Assembly: GCA_963827595.1 (NCBI GenBank)
Contig: CAWHBT010000004.1
Span: 19,730 to 83,729, forward strand
Direction: 5' to 3'
DNA from: an uncultured beta proteobacterium
GTDB taxonomy: Bacteria; Pseudomonadota; Gammaproteobacteria; Burkholderiales; SG8-39
DNA: 64,000 nucleotides
The stretch's first letter is position 1; each line of letters begins with the position of its first letter. The translations under genes were made by a program, and so were the position numbers. Under the pieces are notes generated by a model. That model did not search any database, was not told where the DNA came from, and worked only from the letters and a program-made list of their open reading frames with translations. Shown here in pieces: positions 53,400 to 62,015 of this stretch.

Positions 53400-54206
53400 C
53401 TACTTCAGGAACCGCATCCGGCACTTGGCGCCGGCGGGGACGAGCTACTTGTCGTTCGGGAGCTCGAGGCGCACGCCGAACGTGCCGCTCGCGGCATTGA
53501 TCACGCGGTCCACGACCTTCACGCGCGCCGCGAACTTCTGCGCCGGCGTCTCGGGCGACACCTCGGCGCGGTCGCCCTGCTGGATCGAGCCGTAGAGGCT
53601 CGCCGGCAATATGACCTCGACGTTCAGCGGATCGATCTCCGCCACCCGGAGAATCGGGTCCTTCACGTTGGTCGCCGCCATCTCGCCGGTCTTCTGATAC
53701 CGGTCGACGACCACGCCGTTGACGGGGCTCCGGAGCGTGCGCAGATTGACCACCTCGGTCGCGCGCTGGACCTCGAGCTCGGCGAGCCGCTGGTTCTCGC
53801 GCGCCACCTTGAGGTCGGACTCGGCGAGCGAGCGCTCGGTCCGCGCTTCCTCCAGGGCGTTCGATGAAATGAACGCCTGACGGGCGAGCTCCTCGGCGCG
53901 CTTCTCTTTCTTCGAGGCGAGGTCGAGCTTGGCTTCGGCCAGGTTGACCGCGCCGATCGCCCCGGCGCGCTGCCGCGCCACGGCGAGTGCGGCCCGCTCC
54001 GGGCCTGACTCGAGCGTGACCAGGACCTGGCCCTTTTTCACCGATTCGCCGCGTTCCACGGCCACTTTCTCGATGAGTCCCTCGACCGGGCTGCGGATAT
54101 CGACCATCTGACGCGCTTCGATGATGCAGTCGTAGTCCTGGGCCGCGACCGGCAGGGCGGCGAGGAAGGCAACGGCAAGGCCAGCGCGCAGGAGGGAGTG
54201 TTTCAT
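53400..54206 (-). CDS. RND/HlyD-type periplasmic adaptor (MFP) with an in-frame TAG near the C-terminus
   Basis: Signal peptide, SPVEGLI..GESVKKGQVL, SPVNGVV, INAASGTFGVRLELPN; TAG at 53445 is followed in frame by LVPAGAKCRMRFLK*. Confidence 0.85.
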
Positions 54207-54429
54207 CGAGGTTCGGACCGCTAGGGAAGGCGATTCTCACCGTCGCTCTCAGAGGGTGTAAAGGAGGAAACCGACGGTTTCCCAACGGATGTCCAGGTTT
54301 GGGGCACCGCGTGGGCGGACTGAGGGCTTTTCACCGGGTCGCCCGGCCGGTTTTGGGCCGGGAGCCGAGGGGTCCAAACGGGCGGCATCCCCGTACAATC
54401 GGAAAGTCTGTTCGCTTGAGGCCGCCTGG

Positions 54430-54879
54430 ATGATCGTATTCGAGCTTATTTGCTCCGGACAACACCGGTTCGAGGGGTGGTTCGCGTCCGGAGAGGACTT
54501 CGAGCAACACCGTCTCGGGGGCCTGTTGTCTTGCCCGGTGTGCTCGACGGGCGAGGTGGCAAAGCTTCCCAGCGCGAAGCTCGGCCGATCAGGCGAGGAC
54601 GCTCCGCGCGACCCGAAGGCCAGCGCGCCGCAAACGCGACCCGCGGCCCCGACCGCGGCGCAGGCCGCGGCGGCAGTAGCGGCGTTCGTGGACCACGTCT
54701 TACAGAACACTGAGGACGTGGGACGGGCGTTTCCCGCGGAAGCTCGAAGAATCCACTACGAAGAGGCGCCGCGCCGCGGGATTCGCGGGACCGCGACCCG
54801 CGAGGAGACGGAAGCGCTGGCGGAGGAAGGAATCGGAGTCCTGTCGCTGCCGATCCCGCGGCGGGAGGACTATCACTGA
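54430..54879 (+). CDS. DUF1178-like protein
   Basis: MIVFELIC..HRFEGWF..CPVC..EDVG..EARRIHY..LAEEGI. Confidence 0.85.
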   Translation: MIVFELICSGQHRFEGWFASGEDFEQHRLGGLLSCPVCSTGEVAKLPSAKLGRSGEDAPRDPKASAPQTRPAAPTAAQAAAAVAAFVDHVLQNTEDVGRAFPAEARRIHYEEAPRRGIRGTATREETEALAEEGIGVLSLPIPRREDYH

Positions 54880-54890
54880 CCGGTAGCGCA

Positions 54891-54918
54891 ATGCGCGAGA
54901 ATGTGTATTATGTAAAAT
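54891..54918 (+). other. dif (XerCD) chromosome dimer resolution site
   Basis: ATGCGCGAGAA-TGTGTA-TTATGTAAAAT; XerD arm 10/11 to E. coli TTATGTTAAAT; intergenic between convergent genes; KOPS polarity flips here. Confidence 0.8.
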
Positions 54919-54954
54919 TATTGCTCCTCAGACCGATCCTCGAGCGTCCTTCGA

Positions 54955-55600
54955 TCACTCCTTAGCTCCCCCCCGCCTCAAGAGCTCCGCAGCCTCCGCG
55001 TTTCCCGCCTTCAGGGCCCACCGCAGCGCCGTACCCCCCGCGTCCGTCGTGACGTTGGGATCGGCAGCCCCCCGCAGCAACAGCCTCACCACCTCCGAAT
55101 GCCCGTTGCGAGCGGCGACCATCAGCGGCGTCGCTCCGTTGGGTGCCTGAGCATTGACGTCCGCTTTGCTTTCGATCAGATACCTGCAGACGGCAGCGTG
55201 CCCCTGGAATGCACAGTAGTGCAACGCCGTCCAGCCGTCCTTGTCCAGGGTGGCGCCCCGTGCGTGGAGCAGCTTGACGCGTCTCGACGTGCCCCCGGAA
55301 CGCCGCGAACATGATCGCGGTCTCGTTGCTCGGCGTGCGCTGGTTCACCCTCGCCTTCCGGTCGGCGAGGAAGCGGACCATTTCGATGTCGCCCTCGCGG
55401 GCGGCGATCATCAGGAGGGAGTACCCCTCCTTGCTGGTCGAGCTCGGGTCCATTCCCCGGTCAAGGAGGCTGCGCACCCCGTCCAGGTTGCTCGTTCCGG
55501 CGGCTCTGAACAGGTCATCCAGCGTCGCCCCCTGCGCGGCCGCGAGTGAGGACCAGATAGACAATAGATAACAACTTGTGATCAGTGAGTTACGAACCAC
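54955..55600 (-). CDS. Exported ankyrin-repeat protein (apparent frameshift near 55280)
   Basis: GYSLLMIAAREG, ETAIMFAAFRGH / GWTALHYCAFQGH, GATPLMVAARNGH split over two frames. Confidence 0.85.
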
Positions 55601-55603
55601 ATT

Positions 55604-56386
55604 TCACCTTGTTTCGAGATCTTTCGCGGATCGAAACACGCGGAAGAAGTTGGCCGTCGTCGCCGCCGCGACCTCCTCAAAGGGCATCGCCCGCAAGCGG
55701 GCAACCTCCTCCGCCACGTGGCGAACATACGCCGGCCGGTTCACCTTCCCCCGATAGGGCACCGGCGCTAGATACGGCGAGTCGGTCTCGACCAGGATGT
55801 GCTCCATCAGCAAGGCCTTCGCCACCTCGCGGACCGAGCCCGCGTTCCGGAAGGTCACGATGCCCGAGAACGAGATCAGGAAGCCCATTTCGACCGCCGC
55901 CAGCGCCACGTCGAGGGTCTCCGTAAAGCAGTGCATGACCCCTCCGACTTCACCCGCGCCCTCCTCCCGCATAATCCGCAACGTGTCGTCGGCCGCGGAC
56001 CGCGTATGGATCACGAGCGGCTTGCGACACGCCCGTGCGGCCCGGATGTGCACGCGAAACCGCTCCTGCTGCCAGCCAAGATCGCCCTGGAGCCGGTAGT
56101 AGTCGAGACCGGTCTCGCCGACGGCCACGATCCTGGGGTGGTCGGCGAGCGCCACCAGCTCGTCGACGGCGACCTCCCCGGCGTCCGGGTAGTCCGGATG
56201 GACTCCGACCGTGGCGAACAGCTGCGGGTGCGCCTCGGCTAGCGCCCGGACCCGCGGGAAGTCCTGCAGGGTGACGCTGATGCACAGCGCGTGCGCGACG
56301 CCGGCCGCGGACATCTCCGCCAGGAGCTCGGGGATGCGATCGCGGAACTCATCGAAGTCGAGGTGGCAATGGGAGTCGACCAGCAT
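55604..56386 (-). CDS. TatD-family hydrolase (YcfH-like)
   Basis: DSHCHLD, GETGLDY, IHTR, HCF, ETDSPYLAP. Confidence 0.95.
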   Translation of the reverse strand: MLVDSHCHLDFDEFRDRIPELLAEMSAAGVAHALCISVTLQDFPRVRALAEAHPQLFATVGVHPDYPDAGEVAVDELVALADHPRIVAVGETGLDYYRLQGDLGWQQERFRVHIRAARACRKPLVIHTRSAADDTLRIMREEGAGEVGGVMHCFTETLDVALAAVEMGFLISFSGIVTFRNAGSVREVAKALLMEHILVETDSPYLAPVPYRGKVNRPAYVRHVAEEVARLRAMPFEEVAAATTANFFRVFRSAKDLETR

Positions 56387-56751
56387 CAGTAGGTATGGGT
56401 GGATCGCGTCGACTGCAGCAGGCCGCCGAGCGCCGTCTCGATCCGACGCTTGGCCGCGTGGCCGCTCTCGTCGTCGGAGAAGTGCACGCCGATGCCCTGG
56501 GCCTTGTTGCCCTGGCAGTTCGCCGGCGTGATCCACACCACCTGCCCTGCCACCGGCAGCTTGTTCGGATCGTCCATCAGCGTGAGCAGCATGAATACCT
56601 CGTCGCCGAGCCGGTACGGCCGCGTCGTCGGGATGAAGATCCCGCCGCGCTTGAGGTGCGGGATGTACGCCGCGTACAGCGCCGACTTCTGCGAGATGGT
56701 CAGCGACAGGACGCTCGGCCGGATGCCGCCCTTGTTCGGATCCTCACGCAT
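56386..56751 (-). CDS. pilZ: PilZ protein (type IV pilus)
   Basis: LYAAYIP..GGIFIPT..VWITP..GIGV..THT; synteny after holB. Confidence 0.9.
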   Translation of the reverse strand: MREDPNKGGIRPSVLSLTISQKSALYAAYIPHLKRGGIFIPTTRPYRLGDEVFMLLTLMDDPNKLPVAGQVVWITPANCQGNKAQGIGVHFSDDESGHAAKRRIETALGGLLQSTRSTHTY

Positions 56752-57760
56752 GTGGCGCCTCCCAAAGCTGCGTATAGCGGATGAAGATCGCCTCCAGGAA
56801 CAGCCGCGCGTTCAGCGGATGCTGCGCGACCGCCGCGCAGGCTCCGAGCGACCGCTCGAATCTTAACAGCCGCTCGAGGGCGACGGCTTCCGCCAACCCG
56901 CGCAGGGCGGGCAGGTGCCGCACGTGGTAGCGCGCCCTGCTCGCGACCCGGGCGAGGACGAGATCCGCGGCCCAGCGCTGCAGCCACGCGATGACCCGCA
57001 CCGGCGCTGCACCCTGGCAAACGTCGGCGAGCGCGAGGGCATCGCGCTGGCCGCCCGCGAGCTCCCGGAGCAGCGCCTCGCGGGCCGCGCCGTCCTCGGC
57101 GCCCTCGAGCACCGCGAGCGGCGCGTTTCCCGCGTACGCCAACGCCGCCTCCGGATCGCTCACACCCTGGGCCACGAGCCACGGCACGGCGTCAGCCGCC
57201 GATGCGGGCGGCACGGACACTCGCTGGCACCGGCTCCTGACGGTCGCCAGCAGCCGGTCGGGCATGCTCGATACGAGCAGGAAAACGGTGTTCGGCGGGG
57301 GCTCTTCGAGGCTCTTCAGCAGCGCGTTCGAGGCCGCGACGTTCATGGCCTCGGCCGGTCGGATCAGGACCACGCGGAGCCCGCGCCGATGGGTGCCGAT
57401 CGCGAGGAGCCCCTGCACCTCCCGGACCTGATCGATGCGGATTTGCCGGCTGGCCGCTTCGCCGTCGCGCCGCCGCGACTCGGCGTCGGCCGGACCGGCT
57501 TCCGCGAGCGCCTCCGGCTGGATGAGTCGGAAATCGGGGTGGTTCCCCTGGCTGAACCAGCGGCAGGCCTCGCACTCTCCGCACGCCAATTCGGTGCCCC
57601 TCGTCCCTTCGCAGAGCAGCCGCTGCGCGAACGCCATTGCGAGCGCGGTCTTCCCGAGACCTGCGCGGCCCTGGATCAGAAGCGCATGTGGCAGGGCTTC
57701 CCGGCGCGCCTGAAGCTCGCTCCAGGTCGGCGATAGCCATGTAAATATCATGTTATTCAT
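56744..57760 (-). CDS. holB: DNA polymerase III delta-prime
   Basis: [32 protein letters not shown]. Confidence 0.95.
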   Translation of the reverse strand: MNNMIFTWLSPTWSELQARREALPHALLIQGRAGLGKTALAMAFAQRLLCEGTRGTELACGECEACRWFSQGNHPDFRLIQPEALAEAGPADAESRRRDGEAASRQIRIDQVREVQGLLAIGTHRRGLRVVLIRPAEAMNVAASNALLKSLEEPPPNTVFLLVSSMPDRLLATVRSRCQRVSVPPASAADAVPWLVAQGVSDPEAALAYAGNAPLAVLEGAEDGAAREALLRELAGGQRDALALADVCQGAAPVRVIAWLQRWAADLVLARVASRARYHVRHLPALRGLAEAVALERLLRFERSLGACAAVAQHPLNARLFLEAIFIRYTQLWEAPHA

Positions 57761-58365
57761 AATACTGAGAGCGTATTCTCTAATATTACTTTAACTTCCT
57801 CGGTGCTCTTTCGCGCGTCGATCACCCGGAACCGCCCCGGGAACTGTCCCGCGCGTTCCAGGTAGGCCGCGCGAACCCGCTCATGGAACGCCGCGTCCTC
57901 CCGCTCGAAGCGGTCCGGGGCCCCGGGAGCCTGCCGGAGGCGCGCCTGGCCGGTGCTCACGGGGACGTCGAAGTACAGCGTGAGATCCGGTTGCAGGTCG
58001 TCCTGGACCCAGGTTTCGAGGATCCGGAGCTTGTCGACCGGGAACCCGCGTCCCCCGCCCTGGTACGCGAACGTGGCATCCGTGAACCGGTCCGAGATCA
58101 CCCATGCGCCGCGCGCCAGCCCCGGTCGCACGACCTGCGCGATGTGCTCCTGGCGCGCTGCGAACATGAGCAGGGTTTCGCTCCCGGCGTCCATGGCGTC
58201 ACGCAGCAGAATCTCGCGGAGCCGCTCCCCCAGCGGTGTGCCGCCAGGCTCGCGCGTGACCACAACTTCCCGCCCGGAGCGTCGCAGGCGTTCGGCGATC
58301 CAGGCGACGTGGCTGCTCTTGCCGGCGCCGTCGATCCCTTCGAGCGTTATGAACTTTCCCGGCAT
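57757..58365 (-). CDS. tmk: Thymidylate kinase
   Basis: [31 protein letters not shown]. Confidence 0.97.
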   Translation of the reverse strand: MPGKFITLEGIDGAGKSSHVAWIAERLRRSGREVVVTREPGGTPLGERLREILLRDAMDAGSETLLMFAARQEHIAQVVRPGLARGAWVISDRFTDATFAYQGGGRGFPVDKLRILETWVQDDLQPDLTLYFDVPVSTGQARLRQAPGAPDRFEREDAAFHERVRAAYLERAGQFPGRFRVIDARKSTEEVKVILENTLSVL

Positions 58366-58377
58366 CTCGCAGCGCCC

Positions 58378-59379
58378 TCAGCGGCGGCCACCGAGCTGAT
58401 ATTTTGTCACGGCGCGGTTGTGCTCCTCGAGCGTCCGCGAGAACTCGCTCGTGCCATCGCCGCGGGCGACGAAGTACAGCGCGTCGGTGGGCGCCGGGTT
58501 GAGGACCGCCTCGATCGCCGCCGACCCCGGCAGCGCGATCGGCGTGGGCGGCAAGCCATCGCGCGTGTAGGTGTTGTACGGCGTGTCCGCGAGGAGATCG
58601 CGCTTGCGGAGATTGCCGTCGAAAGCGCTCCCCAGGCCGTAGATCACGGTCGGGTCCGCCTGGAGCTTCATCCCGGTGCGCAGCCGATTGACCAGGACGG
58701 CGGCGATCATGGCCCGATCGTCGGCGCGCCCGGTTTCCTTCTCCACGATGGACGCGAGAATCAGCGCCTCGTAGGGCGAGCCGAGCGGCAGGTCGGGCTG
58801 GCGCTGCGCCCATGCCGAATCGAGCCGCTTCGCCATCGCGCGGTAGGCGCGGCGCAGGACCTCGAGATCGCTCGCGCCCTTCGCGAACCGGTAGGTGTCC
58901 GGGAAGAACAGGCCCTCGGGGTTCTCGCTGGGCGCCTGGAGGCGCTGCATCACCGCGGCGTCGGCCAGCCCCCGCGTGTCGTGGCGGACGTCGGGATGCG
59001 CATCGAGCGCGTCCCGGAGCTGCTTGAAGCTCCAGCCCTCGATGAACGCGACCTCGGTCAGAGCGACTTCGCCCCGTACGAGCTTGCCGAGGAGGTCGAG
59101 CGGCGTCACCCCCGAGCGGATCTCGTACTGACCCGCCTTGATCTCGGACGGGTTTCCGGCCAGGCGCGCGAGCGCCTCGAACGCCCAGGGCCGCATTCCG
59201 ACGCCCGCCTGCGCGATCGCCCGCGAGGCGGTGCGGAGCGAGCTCCCCTGGGGGATCGTGAATTCGACCGTCGCCGCCCCCATCTCAAGGGGCGTGTGCG
59301 CGAACCACCAGAGCCAGCCCCCGGCGGCGAGCAACGCGAGAATTCCGAGCAGGAAGAGAGACTTGAGCGTCCGAACCAT
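58378..59379 (-). CDS. mltG: Endolytic transglycosylase MltG
   Basis: EGLFFPDTY, ASIVEKE, LQADPTV, YNTY..GLPPTPI. Confidence 0.96.
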   Translation of the reverse strand: MVRTLKSLFLLGILALLAAGGWLWWFAHTPLEMGAATVEFTIPQGSSLRTASRAIAQAGVGMRPWAFEALARLAGNPSEIKAGQYEIRSGVTPLDLLGKLVRGEVALTEVAFIEGWSFKQLRDALDAHPDVRHDTRGLADAAVMQRLQAPSENPEGLFFPDTYRFAKGASDLEVLRRAYRAMAKRLDSAWAQRQPDLPLGSPYEALILASIVEKETGRADDRAMIAAVLVNRLRTGMKLQADPTVIYGLGSAFDGNLRKRDLLADTPYNTYTRDGLPPTPIALPGSAAIEAVLNPAPTDALYFVARGDGTSEFSRTLEEHNRAVTKYQLGGRR

Positions 59380-59435
59380 CAGGGTGGGCGGGGCGGCTGT
59401 CGCTGTCCCGCCGATATGATACGGTCCCCTGCCCC

Positions 59436-60488
59436 ATGCTGCCGCACGTCGATTCGGTAAGTGATCCTTTTCTCGCGTTTCTTGCGGCGCGCGCCGGCAC
59501 CGTCGCCGACGGCGTGGTGCGCGACTTCGGTGACGCGCCCGGCGAGATCGCTGCGACCGCGTCCGGAAGCGTGGTGGCGCACCTCGCGCAGTTCGGGATC
59601 CTCGCGTTCAGGGGCGAGGACGCCCGCGATTTCCTGCACCGCCAGCTCAGCTGCGACGTGGAGGGGCTGGCCGACACTGCCGGCGCCTACGGCGCGTACT
59701 GCACGCCGAAGGGTCGCGTCCTCGCGAACTTCCTGCTCTGGCGCGAGCCGGACGCGTTCTGCATGCTGCTGCCACGCGCGATCGTCCACGGCATCCAGAA
59801 GCGGCTGCAGATGTACGTGCTCCGCTCGAAGGTGACGCTCGCGGATCGGACCGATGATCTCGTCGTCCTCGGCGCCTCCGGGCCGGCCGCAGCGGATGCA
59901 GTGGCGAAGCTGGCGGGAACCCCGCCCGGGGGGCCGCTAGGCGTTGCGCGGCGCGATCAGGTCACGGTCATCGCGCTCGCGCCGGCGCGGTTTCTCGTCA
60001 CGACCCCCAGGGCCTACGCGCCGCATGTCTGGGGCCAGTTGACCGGCGCTTTGCGGCCCGTCGGCGCGGCGTGCTGGGATTGGCTCGAGATCGCGAACGG
60101 CTGGCCGTGGATCACGGCCGCCACGCAGGACCAGTTCGTTCCGCAGATGGCGAACCTCGAGCTCCTCGGCGGGGTGAGCTTCCGGAAGGGCTGCTACCCG
60201 GGCCAGGAGATCGTCGCGCGTACGCAGCATCTGGGCCAGCCCAAGCGGCGGCTTTATCTCGCGCACGCGCGGCCGGAAGGGATCCCAGCGCCGGGTCAGC
60301 CGCTCTACAGCAGCGGCTTCGGCGACCAGGCCGCCGGCATGGTCGTCAACGCGGCGCCGGCGCCGGGCGGGGGCTTCGACCTGCTCGCCGTGGTACAGAC
60401 CGCGAGCGTAGCCGGCGACACCATCCGCCTGGGGTCGCGGTCCGGGGCCGAGCTGCTCTTTCGCGACCTGCCCTATGCCGTGACGTGA
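59436..60488 (+). CDS. ygfZ: Folate-binding Fe-S repair protein YgfZ
   Basis: KGCYPGQE signature. Confidence 0.93.
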   Translation: MLPHVDSVSDPFLAFLAARAGTVADGVVRDFGDAPGEIAATASGSVVAHLAQFGILAFRGEDARDFLHRQLSCDVEGLADTAGAYGAYCTPKGRVLANFLLWREPDAFCMLLPRAIVHGIQKRLQMYVLRSKVTLADRTDDLVVLGASGPAAADAVAKLAGTPPGGPLGVARRDQVTVIALAPARFLVTTPRAYAPHVWGQLTGALRPVGAACWDWLEIANGWPWITAATQDQFVPQMANLELLGGVSFRKGCYPGQEIVARTQHLGQPKRRLYLAHARPEGIPAPGQPLYSSGFGDQAAGMVVNAAPAPGGGFDLLAVVQTASVAGDTIRLGSRSGAELLFRDLPYAVT

Positions 60489-60766
60489 AGCACAGCTACT
60501 ACATCTACTACCGGACCGGCGTCGACGCTTCGCGGACTCGCGCGGCGGTGACCGCGATGCAAGCTGCCCTGGCTGAGGCGACCGGCGTCGCCGGGCGACT
60601 GCTCAGCCGGGTCGATGACCGCACGACGTGGATGGAGGTCTACGAGGACGTCACCGATCCCGAGCGCTTCGAGCGGGAGCTTGCGGCGTGCGTGGAACGG
60701 TTCGGCGTGCGCTCGCTGCTCCAGGCCGGCGCCGCGCGGCACGTCGAGCGTTTCACCGCCGACTGA
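60485..60766 (+). CDS. DUF4936-like small protein
   Basis: YYIYYR..TWMEVYE..RHVERF. Confidence 0.7.
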   Translation: MKHSYYIYYRTGVDASRTRAAVTAMQAALAEATGVAGRLLSRVDDRTTWMEVYEDVTDPERFERELAACVERFGVRSLLQAGAARHVERFTAD

Positions 60767-60775
60767 TTCTTCCGG

Positions 60776-61537
60776 ATGTGCCTGATTCTCTTTGCCCACC
60801 GCGCGCACCCGGCGTATCGCCTGGTCGTGGCCGCGAATCGCGACGAATGGTTCCGGCGTCCGACTGCTTCGGCCGCCTTCTGGGTCGACGCGCCGGAGAT
60901 CTTCGCCGGCCGCGATCTCGAGCAGCATGGCACCTGGCTCGGAGTCACGACGACCGGCCGGTTCGCAGCGATCACGAATTTTCGCGATCCGGGGAGCCAC
61001 CGGCCCGACGCGCCGTCCCGCGGCCGGCTCGTGAGCGACTTTCTGCGCGCGCGCGCCACGCCGGCTGCGTACCTCGAGCGCCTGGGTTCGGACGCGGCGT
61101 CCTACAACGGCTTCAGCCTGCTCGTCGGCGACGGCGCGTCGCTCTGCTTTTTCTCCAACCGCGAGGGCGAGGTCCGCAGGCTCGAACCGGGCGTCTACGG
61201 CCTGTCGAACAGCCTCCTCGACGTGCCGTGGCCCAAGGTCCGGCTCGGCAAGGACCGACTCACCCGCCAGCTCAACGCCCGCGTCGACGCGGACGCGCTA
61301 CTCGCGCTGCTGGACGACACGCGCACCGCGGCGGACGACGATCTCCCGCGCACCGGGGTCAGCAGCGAGTGGGAACGGAAGCTGTCCGCGCTTCGCATCG
61401 TCGCCGACGGCTATGGCACGCGTTCGTCTACTGCGCTCCTGGTCGGCGCCGAAGGCGATGTTTCGATCGCCGAGCGCTCGTTCGACGAGGACGGCCGGGA
61501 GCAGTCGACCGTCCGGGAGCGCTTCGCAATCAGCTGA
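60776..61537 (+). CDS. NRDE/TANGO2-family protein
   Basis: MCLI..AANRDE..GTWLG..YGTRSST. Confidence 0.92.
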   Translation: MCLILFAHRAHPAYRLVVAANRDEWFRRPTASAAFWVDAPEIFAGRDLEQHGTWLGVTTTGRFAAITNFRDPGSHRPDAPSRGRLVSDFLRARATPAAYLERLGSDAASYNGFSLLVGDGASLCFFSNREGEVRRLEPGVYGLSNSLLDVPWPKVRLGKDRLTRQLNARVDADALLALLDDTRTAADDDLPRTGVSSEWERKLSALRIVADGYGTRSSTALLVGAEGDVSIAERSFDEDGREQSTVRERFAIS

Positions 61538-61958
61538 TCTCGCGCGCCATCGTCACGTGCGGAATCCCCGCTTCCATGAACTCGTCGCCGGAAGCAGCGA
61601 AGCCGTGACGAACGTAGAACGGGACGGCGTGCGTCTGGGCGTTCAGGACGACCCGCTTCATGCCGCGCTCCTGCGCGCGCGCCACCAGCGCCCCGAGGAT
61701 TCGGCCACCGATCCCCGACCCGCGCCACTCCGGGAGCACGGCCATGCGGCCGATGTGTCCGTCCGGGAGCAGGCGCCCGGTACCGACTACCCTACCCGCG
61801 CGGTCGAAGGCGAGCGCGTGATCCGAGCGCTGATCCCATTCGTCGCGCTCGATCTCGGGCGGTACGCCCTGCTCGACGACGAACACCGCGTCCCGGACGC
61901 ACATCGCCTCCGCCTCCGCGTCGGGCCACGCGACAATCCGCACCGCCACTTCGCGCAT
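61530..61958 (-). CDS. GNAT acetyltransferase
   Basis: VRDAVFVVEQ, IGRMAV..RGSGIG, LNAQ, FMEAGIPH. Confidence 0.9.
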   Translation of the reverse strand: MREVAVRIVAWPDAEAEAMCVRDAVFVVEQGVPPEIERDEWDQRSDHALAFDRAGRVVGTGRLLPDGHIGRMAVLPEWRGSGIGGRILGALVARAQERGMKRVVLNAQTHAVPFYVRHGFAASGDEFMEAGIPHVTMAREIS

Positions 61959-62015
61959 CGCCAGGAGGAGTGAAAGACTGCAGTCGGTGTGAGGGCGGCC
62001 GCTATAATACTTTCG

